The notes: generated by a model not told the origin, from the letters alone. A stretch of 64,000 bases of DNA from Nitrospinaceae bacterium (GCA_965223665.1 OZ245011.1:2912001-2976000), one strand, 5' to 3'; shown: positions 1 through 9,857, counted from the stretch's first letter. Program-made: numbers and translations.

Positions 1-79
1 CTCTTTAGTTATCCTTTTCCAAAAAAAGAGTTAATTTTTTCAATATAACTTCCTTATTTTTACCAAAAATTAAAAAATT

Positions 80-117
80 TGTATAAATTTCTATATTTAA
101 ATTTATAGATATGTATA
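80..117. promoter_or_regulatory. Putative CarH/LitR-type operator (tandem TNTATA repeats, ~11-bp period)
   Basis: TGTATA(80), TCTATA(90), TTTATA(102), TGTATA(112) upstream of a CarH-like regulator; the region is AT-rich, so chance is possible. Confidence 0.35.
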
Positions 118-283
118 GAATATGATATTGTTTATTTTTAAAGATATTTTAAAAAAAAAATTTAGTAAGTACATTTAAATTTGAACGACTAAATCGTTTT
201 GGAGATAAATTTTTTATCCTTAATTTTTATTCCCTTTGGATTTCCTTTTTTTTATGAACACCCAGCAAAGTAAATCGATTTAA

Positions 284-1219
284 ATGGAAAATTTCAAAAA
301 TCCTACAAAAAATTTGACCATAGGAGAATTATCTCGCCTTACTGGAATCACAACGCATACTTTACGCATGTGGGAAAAGCGTTATGGATCTCCAGAATCT
401 TTACGCTTACCTTCAGGACACCGTCGTTACCCTAGAGAAGAAGTTCCCAGGCTTCGTGCAGTAGCAAAGGCTTTAGAATCTGGATATCGGGCCAGTCGTG
501 TCGTTCGTGGAACTTTAGAAGAATTACAAAGCCTTCTAGGATTGAACATGACACTCAATTCGCGTTCTTCGGCATTAGGGAAACAAGATCCAGAAGGAAT
601 GGTACAGGCTGAACAGGTTATGATTCAGAAATGGATCGAGGCAGTTCACAAGTATGATGATCAAGTACTGAGCCAAGGTTTCCACGAATTATGGGGAAAA
701 CACGGTCCTTTAAAATTTGTTACAAAGTTTGCCATACCATTTATTCAGCAAGTAGGCTTATCCTGGGAAACGGGAGAATTAAATGTTTCCCAAGAACACT
801 TTGGTTCTGAAAGATTGTCAGATTTTTTAAGCACTAAATGGCGACAATTAAATGACCGAAAGGATGGAAAATCCATTATCCTTACGACCCTTCCCGAGGA
901 ACCACACCGTATTGGAATTCAAATGTGTGCTGTGGTTACTGCAATTACAAAATTTAAGGTCATTTACCTGGGGCCAGACACTCCCATTCCTGATATGGTA
1001 TCTGCAGTTAAAGCCAGTAAAGCCAAAATTCTTTCTATAAGTGTATCTTCGTCAATGAGTATTTTCCCTATTGAAGAAAATCTTTACCGAATTCGCAGCA
1101 GTTTACCTAAAGAAGTATTGATTGCCGTGGGCGGAGAGGGAGCCCCAAGAAATATTGCAGGCTTAAATTGTTTTGAAGATTTTTCCAGATACCATCAATG
1201 GTTGTTAGAAATGGAGTAA
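284..1219 (+). CDS. MerR-family regulator with cobalamin-binding domain (CarH/LitR-like)
   Basis: MerR HTH (IGELSRLTGI..TLRMWEKRYG), W-x9-EH (WETGELNVSQEH), ExHxxG (EPHRIG), SVS and VGG motifs. Confidence 0.88.
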   Translation: MENFKNPTKNLTIGELSRLTGITTHTLRMWEKRYGSPESLRLPSGHRRYPREEVPRLRAVAKALESGYRASRVVRGTLEELQSLLGLNMTLNSRSSALGKQDPEGMVQAEQVMIQKWIEAVHKYDDQVLSQGFHELWGKHGPLKFVTKFAIPFIQQVGLSWETGELNVSQEHFGSERLSDFLSTKWRQLNDRKDGKSIILTTLPEEPHRIGIQMCAVVTAITKFKVIYLGPDTPIPDMVSAVKASKAKILSISVSSSMSIFPIEENLYRIRSSLPKEVLIAVGGEGAPRNIAGLNCFEDFSRYHQWLLEME

Positions 1220-1248
1220 AACCAACAAATAATAACCCCATTGATTAC

Positions 1249-1287
1249 AAAAAAACCCGTCCTTCCAGTTAGAAGGACGGGTTTTTT
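1249..1287. terminator. Bidirectional intrinsic terminator
   Basis: A-tract-CCCGTCCTTC-loop-GAAGGACGGG-T-tract between convergent genes. Confidence 0.85.
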
Positions 1288-1293
1288 AATATA

Positions 1294-1368
1294 TGGCTCC
1301 GGAGACAGGACTCGAACCTGTAACCCAGCGGTTAACAGCCGCTTGCGCTACCATTGCGCTACTCCGGA
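1294..1368 (-). tRNA. tRNA-Asn(GTT)
   Basis: Cloverleaf TCCGGAG...CTGTTAA anticodon loop...GGTTCGAGTCC...CTCCGGAGCCA. Confidence 0.96.
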
Positions 1369-1488
1369 ATGGTATATAAGAAATTTGGGTTTTGTGATCT
1401 AAAATGCTTAATTTAAGCAATTTATCTTGATGGGTCAAGCAAAATTCAAGGTAATTTCCAATAGCTTCAAATAATTATGTCATCAATA

Positions 1489-2091
1489 TCAACTGGAAAT
1501 TTCAGTTCTACCTTCAAGGGATTTTTGCAGGGTGACTGGATCTGCATATTCGATGTCACTACCTACAGGCAAGCCCCTGGCAATTCTCGAAACCTTTACT
1601 GGAAGGGATTTAAGCATCCTTGCAATATAAATCGCGGTGGACTCTCCTTCCATATCCGGGTTGGTAGCTAGAATAACTTCTTTTACCTGCTGTTTTTCAA
1701 TCTTTTCTTTTAACTCGCCCATAGTCAAATCTTGTGGACCGATCCCATCCAATGGGGAAATTACCCCCATTAGCACATGATACTCACCTTTATATTCCCC
1801 CATATTTTCTAAAACATAAACATCATAAGGTTCTTCAACAACACAAATGAGATGATGATCGCGCCGAGAGTCTGAGCAAATATCGCAAGGATCTTTTTCG
1901 GTAATGCCATGACAATTTGAACACAAAACAATTTTTTCTTTTATATTTTCTATAGAGCGAGCCAATTTCTGTACATTTTCCTTAGATCCGCGCATAAGAA
2001 AGAAAGATAATCTCTCAGCAGTCTTTTGCCCGATTCCAGGCAGACGCTTTAACTCTTGGATTAAATCTGTAACTGCTGCAGGTCGCTTCAT
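1489..2091 (-). CDS. recR: Recombination protein RecR
   Basis: LPGIGQKTAERL, C4 zinc finger, YHVLMGVISPLDGIGP, ATNPDMEGE; dnaX-ybaB-recR synteny. Confidence 0.97.
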   Translation of the reverse strand: MKRPAAVTDLIQELKRLPGIGQKTAERLSFFLMRGSKENVQKLARSIENIKEKIVLCSNCHGITEKDPCDICSDSRRDHHLICVVEEPYDVYVLENMGEYKGEYHVLMGVISPLDGIGPQDLTMGELKEKIEKQQVKEVILATNPDMEGESTAIYIARMLKSLPVKVSRIARGLPVGSDIEYADPVTLQKSLEGRTEISS

Positions 2092-2171
2092 TTATAGGAA
2101 TTAAATTAATAAATTCAAGGAGAGTCTTCTGTATGACTAGTCAAAAACAAAATTTAAATTCTGGATTCAGT

Positions 2172-2492
2172 CTAGGTAAATAATCCAGGAATTTTAAGAC
2201 CCCCGGTAACTTTGGATAACTGTTCCTGGGCTAAATCTTTAACTTTCCGGCGAACTTCGTTCATGGCACTGGTAACAAGATCTTCAAGTATTTCACGATC
2301 TTGCATATTTATTAGATCTTCTTCGATTTGAACTGAAAGAATTTCACCCGTGCCGTTGGCAACCACTTTAACCATTCCACCTCCGGTGGATACCTCTATT
2401 TTTTCTTTACTCAATTCTTCCTGGATTTCAGCCATTTTCGACTGCATTTCCTGAGCTTGCTTAAAAATATTACCAATACCTTTATTAAACAT
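2172..2492 (-). CDS. ybaB: YbaB/EbfC nucleoid-associated protein
   Basis: KQAQEMQ, GGGMVKV, LEDLV motifs; synteny. Confidence 0.95.
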   Translation of the reverse strand: MFNKGIGNIFKQAQEMQSKMAEIQEELSKEKIEVSTGGGMVKVVANGTGEILSVQIEEDLINMQDREILEDLVTSAMNEVRRKVKDLAQEQLSKVTGGLKIPGLFT

Positions 2493-2514
2493 TTTTAATT
2501 CCTAAATATAAAGA

Positions 2515-4152
2515 TTAGCGGATGATCATTCCACCAAAAATATCCATAGCATCTTTCAATATCTCATCTTCTGAAGGACTGGTTTCTTTATCATAACTTT
2601 TTGAAGAAACATTTTCTTCTTTATTTGTTTGGGAAGATTCAGGGGTATATTTTGTCTTCCCATGGTCCAATTTAACATTTATCAATCCTACTCCGCATAA
2701 TTCCTGGACCACTTCTTGAATTATTGAAAGATTTTCCTCCTTTTCCATTAATCCCAAGGTATAAGGATCAGCAAAACGTAAATGAACTTCTGAGTCATCA
2801 ATTTTTATCAGTTCACAATTTGCCAGAAAATGGTCAAAGGCACGTTTGCGAGAAACTGCTCTTTCTCTTATTTTAGACCAAAGTTTTTCGGCCGAAGATA
2901 AATTCTGATTAGGTTCATTGAAACTCTCTTGAACTAGGGAAGATTGTGTTTCTTTAGTTTCAGAAAGGTTTTTTTTTAAAGGAACTCCTTCCGGTAGACT
3001 GGAATTTGAGTTTTCGGGTTCCATCGAATTAATTCTTTCTATCAAGTGATCGATTTCTTGAAAAGGACGGATTTCCAACAATTGTAAAACTGCCATTTCA
3101 AATATGATTTTCGGTTGGGAACTACGTTTCATATCCCATTCCGTTTTGACCAATACGTTAAACATTTGTTGCAATTGATCCTTGTCCAATTGCTTTGCCT
3201 GTTCGATTAAGGGATCCAATTCAAAGGTAAATTGTTCTAATAATTTTGCCGAATTGGATGTAAGCTTTACTACCATTAAACTGCGCAAATACTCCAAAAG
3301 ATCGCGGCAAAAATATCCTAGATCTTTTCCACTCTCAATAATCCGTTGAACCTGTTCTAATAAATTAACTGCATTTTTTTGAACCACATAATCTATAAAT
3401 AATGTCAGTTCCTTCTGGCCCACCACTCCAAGAATAGATTCGACGGAACCAGGGTCCACTTCTTTTCCGCAAAATGCAATGACCTGGTCGAGCAAACTCT
3501 GCGAATCTCTCATACTTCCTGCCCCATTTTTGGCAATTTCTTCTAAACTCAATTTATCGATTTTAATTTTTTCTTGTTTAGTGATTAACTCCAATTGCTC
3601 AACAATTTGCATTTGGGACAACGCTTTAAACTCAAAACATTGACACCGCGATAAAATAGTTTCCGGAATTTTTATCAATTCTGTTGTTGCAAAAATAAAT
3701 ACGACCTGAGGAGGGGGTTCTTCCAAAGTTTTTAAGAGGGCATTAAAAGCGCTTTTGGAAAGCATATGCACTTCGTCAATGATATAAACCTTATATCGGC
3801 AACTGGTAGTACTGTACTGAACATTTTCAATGAGGTCGCGTACTTCAGCCACACCGGTATTGGAAGCACCATCTATTTCCAATACATCCAAATTACGACC
3901 TTCACGAATCTCAATACACTTTGGACATTGATCACAAGGGTCAATGGTTGGACCCTTTTCACAATTGAGAGCTTTAGCCAGGATACGGGCCGTAGTTGTT
4001 TTTCCTACCCCCCGTGTTCCCGAAAACAAATAGGCATGAGCAATACGATTTAATTCAATTGCATTACGGAGAGTTTGGACAATGTGTTCTTGCCCAATGA
4101 GTTCAGTAAATTTCTGGGGACGCCATTTTCGTGCCGAAACCTGGAATTTCAT
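2515..4152 (-). CDS. dnaX: DNA polymerase III subunit gamma/tau
   Basis: ARKWRPQKF, GTRGVGKTT, IIDEVHML, NALLKTLEEPP, SRC. Confidence 0.97.
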   Translation of the reverse strand: MKFQVSARKWRPQKFTELIGQEHIVQTLRNAIELNRIAHAYLFSGTRGVGKTTTARILAKALNCEKGPTIDPCDQCPKCIEIREGRNLDVLEIDGASNTGVAEVRDLIENVQYSTTSCRYKVYIIDEVHMLSKSAFNALLKTLEEPPPQVVFIFATTELIKIPETILSRCQCFEFKALSQMQIVEQLELITKQEKIKIDKLSLEEIAKNGAGSMRDSQSLLDQVIAFCGKEVDPGSVESILGVVGQKELTLFIDYVVQKNAVNLLEQVQRIIESGKDLGYFCRDLLEYLRSLMVVKLTSNSAKLLEQFTFELDPLIEQAKQLDKDQLQQMFNVLVKTEWDMKRSSQPKIIFEMAVLQLLEIRPFQEIDHLIERINSMEPENSNSSLPEGVPLKKNLSETKETQSSLVQESFNEPNQNLSSAEKLWSKIRERAVSRKRAFDHFLANCELIKIDDSEVHLRFADPYTLGLMEKEENLSIIQEVVQELCGVGLINVKLDHGKTKYTPESSQTNKEENVSSKSYDKETSPSEDEILKDAMDIFGGMIIR

Positions 4153-4169
4153 GGCTCATAAAAGTTAAA

Positions 4170-4280
4170 GGCAGAGTTGCTGGGGATCTCACAGCACCCA
4201 GAGTAACTTGTTACCGCTGCTTCCTTCCGGACCTGACGGGGTTCACAAGGCCCTGTTGCGTGAGGCCCAACAAAACTGCC
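4170..4280 (-). ncRNA. ffs: Signal recognition particle RNA (small bacterial type)
   Basis: Minus strand has TCAGGTCCGGAAGGAAGCAGC within a long hairpin closed by GGCAG/CTGCC, directly upstream of dnaX. Confidence 0.93.
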
Positions 4281-4311
4281 AATTCGTAATTTAATTATTG
4301 TTAACTAATCT

Positions 4312-4746
4312 TCAGGATTTTTTTTCTATACTTTTAGTCGTCAAAGAAGAACCTTCTTTTTCCATTCCTCTTAAATCATCACTTTTAAAACCAATTCGTT
4401 TTGCCTGTTTATGCCCTGGGCGTTTTTTTAATGCAGTCAGTAAAACATTGGTTTGGGAAATATGCTGCATTACCTTAATCGGGTCCCCTTTGTCAGAATT
4501 CCCATAAAATATGATCATATCATTCCCATGGTAACCGATTCCGGTAATATAAATCGACCTATTTCCAAACGTTACAAAAGTACCTCCCACTTCCTGATCC
4601 GGTTGTAAATGTTGCTCAAAATCAGCAATATGCGCCATCAACTTCTTGAACATACATTCTGCTTCACCCGGAAATTCCACCGACGTGGCAACTTCGGCAG
4701 AAGGTGGGGTGCCGGCAGGAACTAATGGTTTTTGGTTTTCATCCAT
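4312..4746 (-). CDS. Hypothetical protein, DUF6173-like
   Basis: IADFEQHL..DQEVG..FG...IGY..DMIIFYG...QHISQTNVLL..KRIGF pattern recalled for this family. Confidence 0.7.
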   Translation of the reverse strand: MDENQKPLVPAGTPPSAEVATSVEFPGEAECMFKKLMAHIADFEQHLQPDQEVGGTFVTFGNRSIYITGIGYHGNDMIIFYGNSDKGDPIKVMQHISQTNVLLTALKKRPGHKQAKRIGFKSDDLRGMEKEGSSLTTKSIEKKS

Positions 4747-4882
4747 TGCAATTTCTTTATCACAAATCCAGAAACTTTTATTTCCCGAAATCCCTGCTTA
4801 TCAATCATTGGATTTTGTAACCATCCCAATGTTTGAATTGTTAGTCAATTTATTTATTTAAACTTGGTATTAATGAGCATAC

Positions 4883-4971
4883 TGGCGGAGAGGGTGGGAT
4901 TCGAACCCACGTTAGGGGTCACCTAAACACGCTTTCCAAGCGTGCGCCTTCAGCCACTCGGCCACCTCTCC
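4883..4971 (-). tRNA. tRNA-Ser(GGA)
   Basis: GGAGAGG acceptor, TTGGAAA loop, long variable arm, GGTTCGAATCC, CCA. Confidence 0.96.
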
Positions 4972-5117
4972 AAAATACCTGTTTTAAATCACAATTAGGT
5001 AAATACCTCTTCAATATCAATAATTTAAAGAGGGTCGTGTTTAATATTCCCCTAAACCCATGATTTTAATGGATTATAACACAAATGCCCTGACAGAAAA
5101 TATCCAAGGAAAATAAT

Positions 5118-6005
5118 CTAAATAGAGAGTTTAAATTTTTCCATTAAATCAATGGCAACTGGATTAGGAATTTTTCGAACGCTGGAAAGAAGCCAGAAAT
5201 CTTCATTTATTTGGGGAAGAGTTCCAATTTTGATCAATTTTTTTTCATCCACCAATTCTTTCCCTGCAAAGTCTGGAAGAGGAACTAATCCCATTCCTTC
5301 AGTTCCTAATAATTTCTGAACACTGGTATCCTGGGATTCAATTGTTATGTCTACCGAAATATTATTGGAACGAAAAAAGTGATCTAAATCATGTCGCAAT
5401 TTACTGTGTAGAGTGGGAAGGATGAAGGGTTGATTGGTAAGAGATTTGGGAAAATTTTCCTTTAAATGTCGGTATTGTCCAGTTCCAAAAATGGAAATGG
5501 GAACACTTCCAAGTAATTGGGAATTGAATTGTTCATCCAGATTAACGTTAGGTGGATAATTGGTTAAAAATAAATCAATTCTATGGCCTGAAAGTTCTCT
5601 TAATAAATAATCTCCATCACCTTCTAAAATAGTGGTAGAACAATTTCGGTTGGACCTTGCAAAACTCACCAATTGATGAATTAACCGTTTGGGAAGGCTT
5701 TCAAGGACTCCAAGGTGCAAATGAGTTCTTTTATTATAGTTTCCTTTTCGAACTACTTCTTGTAATTCGTCTCCCATAGCAAATATTTCGTTTGCATATT
5801 CAAGAACCATTCTCCCTTCTTCTGTAAGGATCAATTTCTTATTTTTTCGATCAAAAAGTTTAATTTTAAGGGAATTTTCAAGACACTTCAGCTGTGTACT
5901 TAGTGTGGGTTGACCCAACCGTAATTTTTGGGAAGCTTTGGAAATACTTCCTTCATTTGCGATAGTTTGGAAGTAGAACAAGTGATGATAATTCAACCAT
6001 GCCAT
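5118..6005 (-). CDS. LysR-family regulator (NhaR-like)
   Basis: LNYHHLFYF..IA.EGSISKAS..L.LGQPTLSTQLK N-terminal HTH. Confidence 0.9.
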   Translation of the reverse strand: MAWLNYHHLFYFQTIANEGSISKASQKLRLGQPTLSTQLKCLENSLKIKLFDRKNKKLILTEEGRMVLEYANEIFAMGDELQEVVRKGNYNKRTHLHLGVLESLPKRLIHQLVSFARSNRNCSTTILEGDGDYLLRELSGHRIDLFLTNYPPNVNLDEQFNSQLLGSVPISIFGTGQYRHLKENFPKSLTNQPFILPTLHSKLRHDLDHFFRSNNISVDITIESQDTSVQKLLGTEGMGLVPLPDFAGKELVDEKKLIKIGTLPQINEDFWLLSSVRKIPNPVAIDLMEKFKLSI

Positions 6006-6348
6006 AGTTTTATTAGTTTGTTTTTAACAAATCTAAAATTAAATTTTATTGAAATTTTAAAATCTAACTGAAAATATTCGCTTTAAACAAACTTTTCCCA
6101 TATTTTAATTATTAAAAACAACTTAAACTATATAGATACTATTCAGAAATTAATTATTCCAAATATTTGTTTATTTAATATTTTTATTGATCTAATAATT
6201 AGGCGCTTAGTTTTATCAAATTCTGAAATTTTATTTGTTTTTTTAGAATAAATCAATAAAAACCATTGAATTTATTAATGTTAATAATTTTTGGTGGTTT
6301 TTTCCAAGAAATGATCTATTACAAAAGGATAAAACTGAGAAAAAAATT

Positions 6349-6385
6349 AAAATGGCTCACAGGGAATTTATTGTGAGCCATTTTT
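6349..6385. terminator. Intrinsic terminator downstream of tRNA-Arg
   Basis: AAAATGGCTCACA...TGTGAGCCATTTT inverted repeat. Confidence 0.8.
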
Positions 6386-6388
6386 AAA

Positions 6389-6465
6389 TGGTACGCCCAA
6401 GAGGACTCGAACCTCCGACCTACGGTACCGCAAACCGTCGCTCTATCCAGCTGAGCTATGGGCGC
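6389..6465 (-). tRNA. tRNA-Arg(GCG)
   Basis: GCGCCCATAGCTCAGCTGGATAGAGC, anticodon arm ACGGT-TTGCGGT-ACCGT, GGTTCGAGTCC, CCA. Confidence 0.94.
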
Positions 6466-6490
6466 ATTTTTTTTAAATATTCAATGGATG

Positions 6491-7120
6491 TCAACTGATT
6501 GAAGCGGGTACTGAATCCATCAGCTGTAATCCAAATTGTTCGTGTTCAAACGCGTAAAGGGTAGGGTAATTCTTAAAAATCCAACCCTTATATAATTCTT
6601 TTCCTTTTTCTTCAATAACCAAATAAATAGCCGGATTTCCTAATTCATTATCGACAGAGGTAATTGTGGTTTCATCCATCATAAAATTAGGAAAAAACGG
6701 ACCCACTTTCACCCTGATCTCACTATTAGGTAATGAAAAAGTGGAACCTAATGAAACCAATTCCATTGCATTGTTTTCTTCATCTGCCTTATCGCGGATC
6801 AGTATTTTAACGGCTTTCCATTTTCCTTCAACACTTTTTGGTACAACCGTTTTTCGTTCTTTAGCTGATTGCGATTTTGCAATTGACTGATGATTTTCCA
6901 AGTCGGTTTTAGACCCCTCCGCTAGCTGGTTATCCGAAAGTGGTGGTGCTACCTTGGTTGCCGAGCCCTCAGGTTTATCAAAATTCTTTATCCCACTTTG
7001 GGAAACATCAATAGCTCCCTCAATAGGCTTTGGATCAGGCTCCGCTCCACAACCAAAAAGTAAAAATAACGCAAAAAATCCTAGCAAATTTACCCGATTT
7101 TTTCGGAAAATGGTGTTCAT
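6491..7120 (-). CDS. Putative lipoprotein with DUF2155-like C-terminal domain
   Basis: Start taken at MNTIFRK (7120); lipobox-like LFGC; C-terminal NPA...GWIF...YAFEH. Confidence 0.6.
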   Translation of the reverse strand: MNTIFRKNRVNLLGFFALFLLFGCGAEPDPKPIEGAIDVSQSGIKNFDKPEGSATKVAPPLSDNQLAEGSKTDLENHQSIAKSQSAKERKTVVPKSVEGKWKAVKILIRDKADEENNAMELVSLGSTFSLPNSEIRVKVGPFFPNFMMDETTITSVDNELGNPAIYLVIEEKGKELYKGWIFKNYPTLYAFEHEQFGLQLMDSVPASIS

Positions 7121-7248
7121 ATATAGTTTTTGACCTTTTTTATTATGAAGGAATATTATCAAGGTTAAGCGAGATTGGCTACAAAATTTATTTGCCCTTA
7201 TTTTTATTAGAATCCAAAAGAATAAGGGTTTATAGGCAAATTGCTAAA

Positions 7249-8094
7249 TTATTTTTTGGCAAGGATGATGATATTAGAGAGGTAATTGAACAAAAAGGAA
7301 TTTCCTATTTTATCGCCCAATTTTTTAGGGACCATAGTGACGATCTTTTCCAGTAAAATTTTTATAAACCAGGGAACAGAAACATAGTTTCCTTTTACCG
7401 AGATAAACGCCTCAAATTTCTTAAATCCAACAGATTTTAAAGATTTTTCTAATTCCTGAAACGTCCATTCCTTAAGATGAAAGCCTGTTGCCACATCATC
7501 AAAATATCTGGAAACGTCGTGTGGACCTGATAAACGATTGGGTGTCAGAAAAAAGTATCTACCCTTTTCTTTCAAAATTTTATAAATACCCTCAAAGTGA
7601 TGGATGCAATCCTCTGGGTGCAAATGCTCAATCAACTGGTCGCTGAAAGCTATATCCACCGAATTGTCTGGCAATGGAATAAACGCTCCATCAGCAATTA
7701 CAATTTCAACATTCTCGGGTAAATTTTCTTTGTTAATAATGACGTCCGTAACATCAAGCGCATAAACTTTTTTAACAAATTTGGACAGAAGAATTGATAA
7801 GGCACCGTCTCCGGTTCCCACTTCTAAAAATGTATCCTCAGGTCTGATAAACTTTTTTAGCCCCTTTAATTTCTTTTCTATTCGAAGACGCTGGACTTCA
7901 GGATCTTTCGAAACCTTTAAACGGGGATGATGAGGAATTTTTTCAAACAATTCGTCATACAAACTTGACAGCATATTTGTCCGATCTTCTCTTTTACAAT
8001 CCACAAATCTCCGGGCAAGTTCTTTCTCTAAAAGATAATGCTCCCTAATTTTTTGGGCTTTTTCAGGAGAATCAGGCAGTGGAATTTTGGGCAT
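7249..8094 (-). CDS. Class I SAM-dependent methyltransferase
   Basis: FLEVGTGDG, YALDV, LPDNSVD, IEHL motifs. Confidence 0.88.
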   Translation of the reverse strand: MPKIPLPDSPEKAQKIREHYLLEKELARRFVDCKREDRTNMLSSLYDELFEKIPHHPRLKVSKDPEVQRLRIEKKLKGLKKFIRPEDTFLEVGTGDGALSILLSKFVKKVYALDVTDVIINKENLPENVEIVIADGAFIPLPDNSVDIAFSDQLIEHLHPEDCIHHFEGIYKILKEKGRYFFLTPNRLSGPHDVSRYFDDVATGFHLKEWTFQELEKSLKSVGFKKFEAFISVKGNYVSVPWFIKILLEKIVTMVPKKLGDKIGNSFLFNYLSNIIILAKK

Positions 8095-8264
8095 AATATT
8101 GGTTTTTTAAAATGATAATGGTTTTAACATTATATAGTTGTTCTTTAATCCCCACAATAATTTAGTAAAGAAACTCTATTTCTGGGCTTTTTTCAATGAA
8201 AGGGCAATCGGTTTTCATGGAAGAACAAAGTTGGAAGTAAGATTTCAAAAGTTTATTTTTACTT

Positions 8265-8936
8265 TTATCCCCAAGCAACTCCAGAAGTTAATTCAAAGTC
8301 ACAATACTCAATGAGCAATACTCGCCTCTGTGAAGGAAAGGTGGCCTTACTGGAAGAATGTAACACAAGAGGGTGCATGGTTATCAATGAACCTGCATTT
8401 GCATGACAAACATAAGGAATATTTACCCTATCTTTAGTATATTTCTGAATCATCTCTTTTGACATGATTCCTCCGAAATGGCTCCCGGGAAAAACTTTTA
8501 AACAACCATTCTCTTCGTCTGCACCATCTAGATGAATGCGAAAAATTATCATTTGGTTGAGCACCTCAACAGGAGGTTGAACATGATGAATTCCCTCTTT
8601 CAAACTCCAGGGACCCCATCCGGTTAAATTAAACTTTTTTGAAACTGCAACCGTTCGGTCCTGGTGCCAGGGGACTAGCCAATTATTTGTTTCTGTTTTA
8701 TTAAAAAGGATAACCCTTACTAGCTGAGGATTTCTTTTTAGGTATTCTTTAGCAGACTTCACAAGCAGGTTAGAGGAAACCAAATTTTTGATTGTAAAAA
8801 GTTTTTTTTCTGCGCACCTAATTCCTCCCTTACCCATGGGTAAATCGACCTCTTCAATTTCGCTTATTATAGATTCAATTTTAGGAGGTTTTAAATAGTC
8901 ATTAATTATTTTGAATCCATAATTAAAGAAATTCAT
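8265..8936 (-). CDS. Phytanoyl-CoA dioxygenase family (2OG-Fe(II)) protein
   Basis: WHQD (HxD), RIHLD, ENGCLKVFPGSH, distal LHSS..RRVL. Confidence 0.85.
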   Translation of the reverse strand: MNFFNYGFKIINDYLKPPKIESIISEIEEVDLPMGKGGIRCAEKKLFTIKNLVSSNLLVKSAKEYLKRNPQLVRVILFNKTETNNWLVPWHQDRTVAVSKKFNLTGWGPWSLKEGIHHVQPPVEVLNQMIIFRIHLDGADEENGCLKVFPGSHFGGIMSKEMIQKYTKDRVNIPYVCHANAGSLITMHPLVLHSSSKATFPSQRRVLLIEYCDFELTSGVAWG

Positions 8937-8990
8937 TCTTGTTTAATTCTTAAGGGGGAAAAATAAAAAAGGAAAAAATATGAGGGTAAA

Positions 8991-9082
<92 letters not shown>

Positions 9083-9101
9083 AATTTGAAAATTACAATT
9101 T

Positions 9102-9716
9102 TTAAAAATTTTTCTCTTGAACTGCTACAGCAAAGTCTTTGTCCACCACAATGGTAGATGAACCGCCCATTCCACCTGTGATATAACCTAAAGCCATATG
9201 CCTAAATTTTTTCTGGTGAGCGGTAAATTCTATTTCTACCGAACCTTCACCTCCGGGATGAAACGTTTCTATAACTGTTTCACCAGTAGCAACATCCGGA
9301 AACGCATACTTTTCATTACGAGGTCCAAATATTTTAATTTCTTCAAGAATTGCTGGGCTTTGGTTAACAATCTTGATTTCTACTTCGTTAGCAATCCACA
9401 AGCCAGCATAAAAACAAAAACCTGCAATCGGATAATTAAGAACCAGTAAAAAAATAACCCCCAGGTATTGCTTTTTAAGAGAGCGATCCCTAAATATTTT
9501 TTTGAGAGTTTTAGAAATATACCTTGAAACTAATACTATCAGCGAAACTAAATTTAGTGGAACCGCTATATAAAGCAATGCGATTCCTGTAAACGGTACC
9601 CAGGTAATTCGGGTAACATACCAAACCCACAATATGAAAATTCCTATCACCATTGGGGTTAACGCGATGACATAAAAATTTTTACTCAACCGATCGGGAT
9701 TGCTCACAGTATCCAT
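9102..9716 (-). CDS. Hypothetical membrane protein (about 3 TM plus beta-rich C-terminal domain)
   Basis: Three hydrophobic segments, then a soluble domain; no family recognised. Confidence 0.65.
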   Translation of the reverse strand: MDTVSNPDRLSKNFYVIALTPMVIGIFILWVWYVTRITWVPFTGIALLYIAVPLNLVSLIVLVSRYISKTLKKIFRDRSLKKQYLGVIFLLVLNYPIAGFCFYAGLWIANEVEIKIVNQSPAILEEIKIFGPRNEKYAFPDVATGETVIETFHPGGEGSVEIEFTAHQKKFRHMALGYITGGMGGSSTIVVDKDFAVAVQEKNF

Positions 9717-9774
9717 TTAATTAGGATACCGAGATACTTATCTATTAGCAATAATCGGGTAACAACCAAAGGAG

Positions 9775-9857
9775 CGGAGGGAGTAGGATTCGAACCCACG
9801 GAACTTTCGTTCAACGGTTTTCAAGACCGCCGCCTTAAACCACTCGGCCATCCCTCC
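9775..9857 (-). tRNA. tRNA-Ser(TGA), CCA not encoded
   Basis: GGAGGGA acceptor, TTTGAAA-type loop (CTTGAAA), variable arm, GGTTCGAATCC. Confidence 0.95.
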
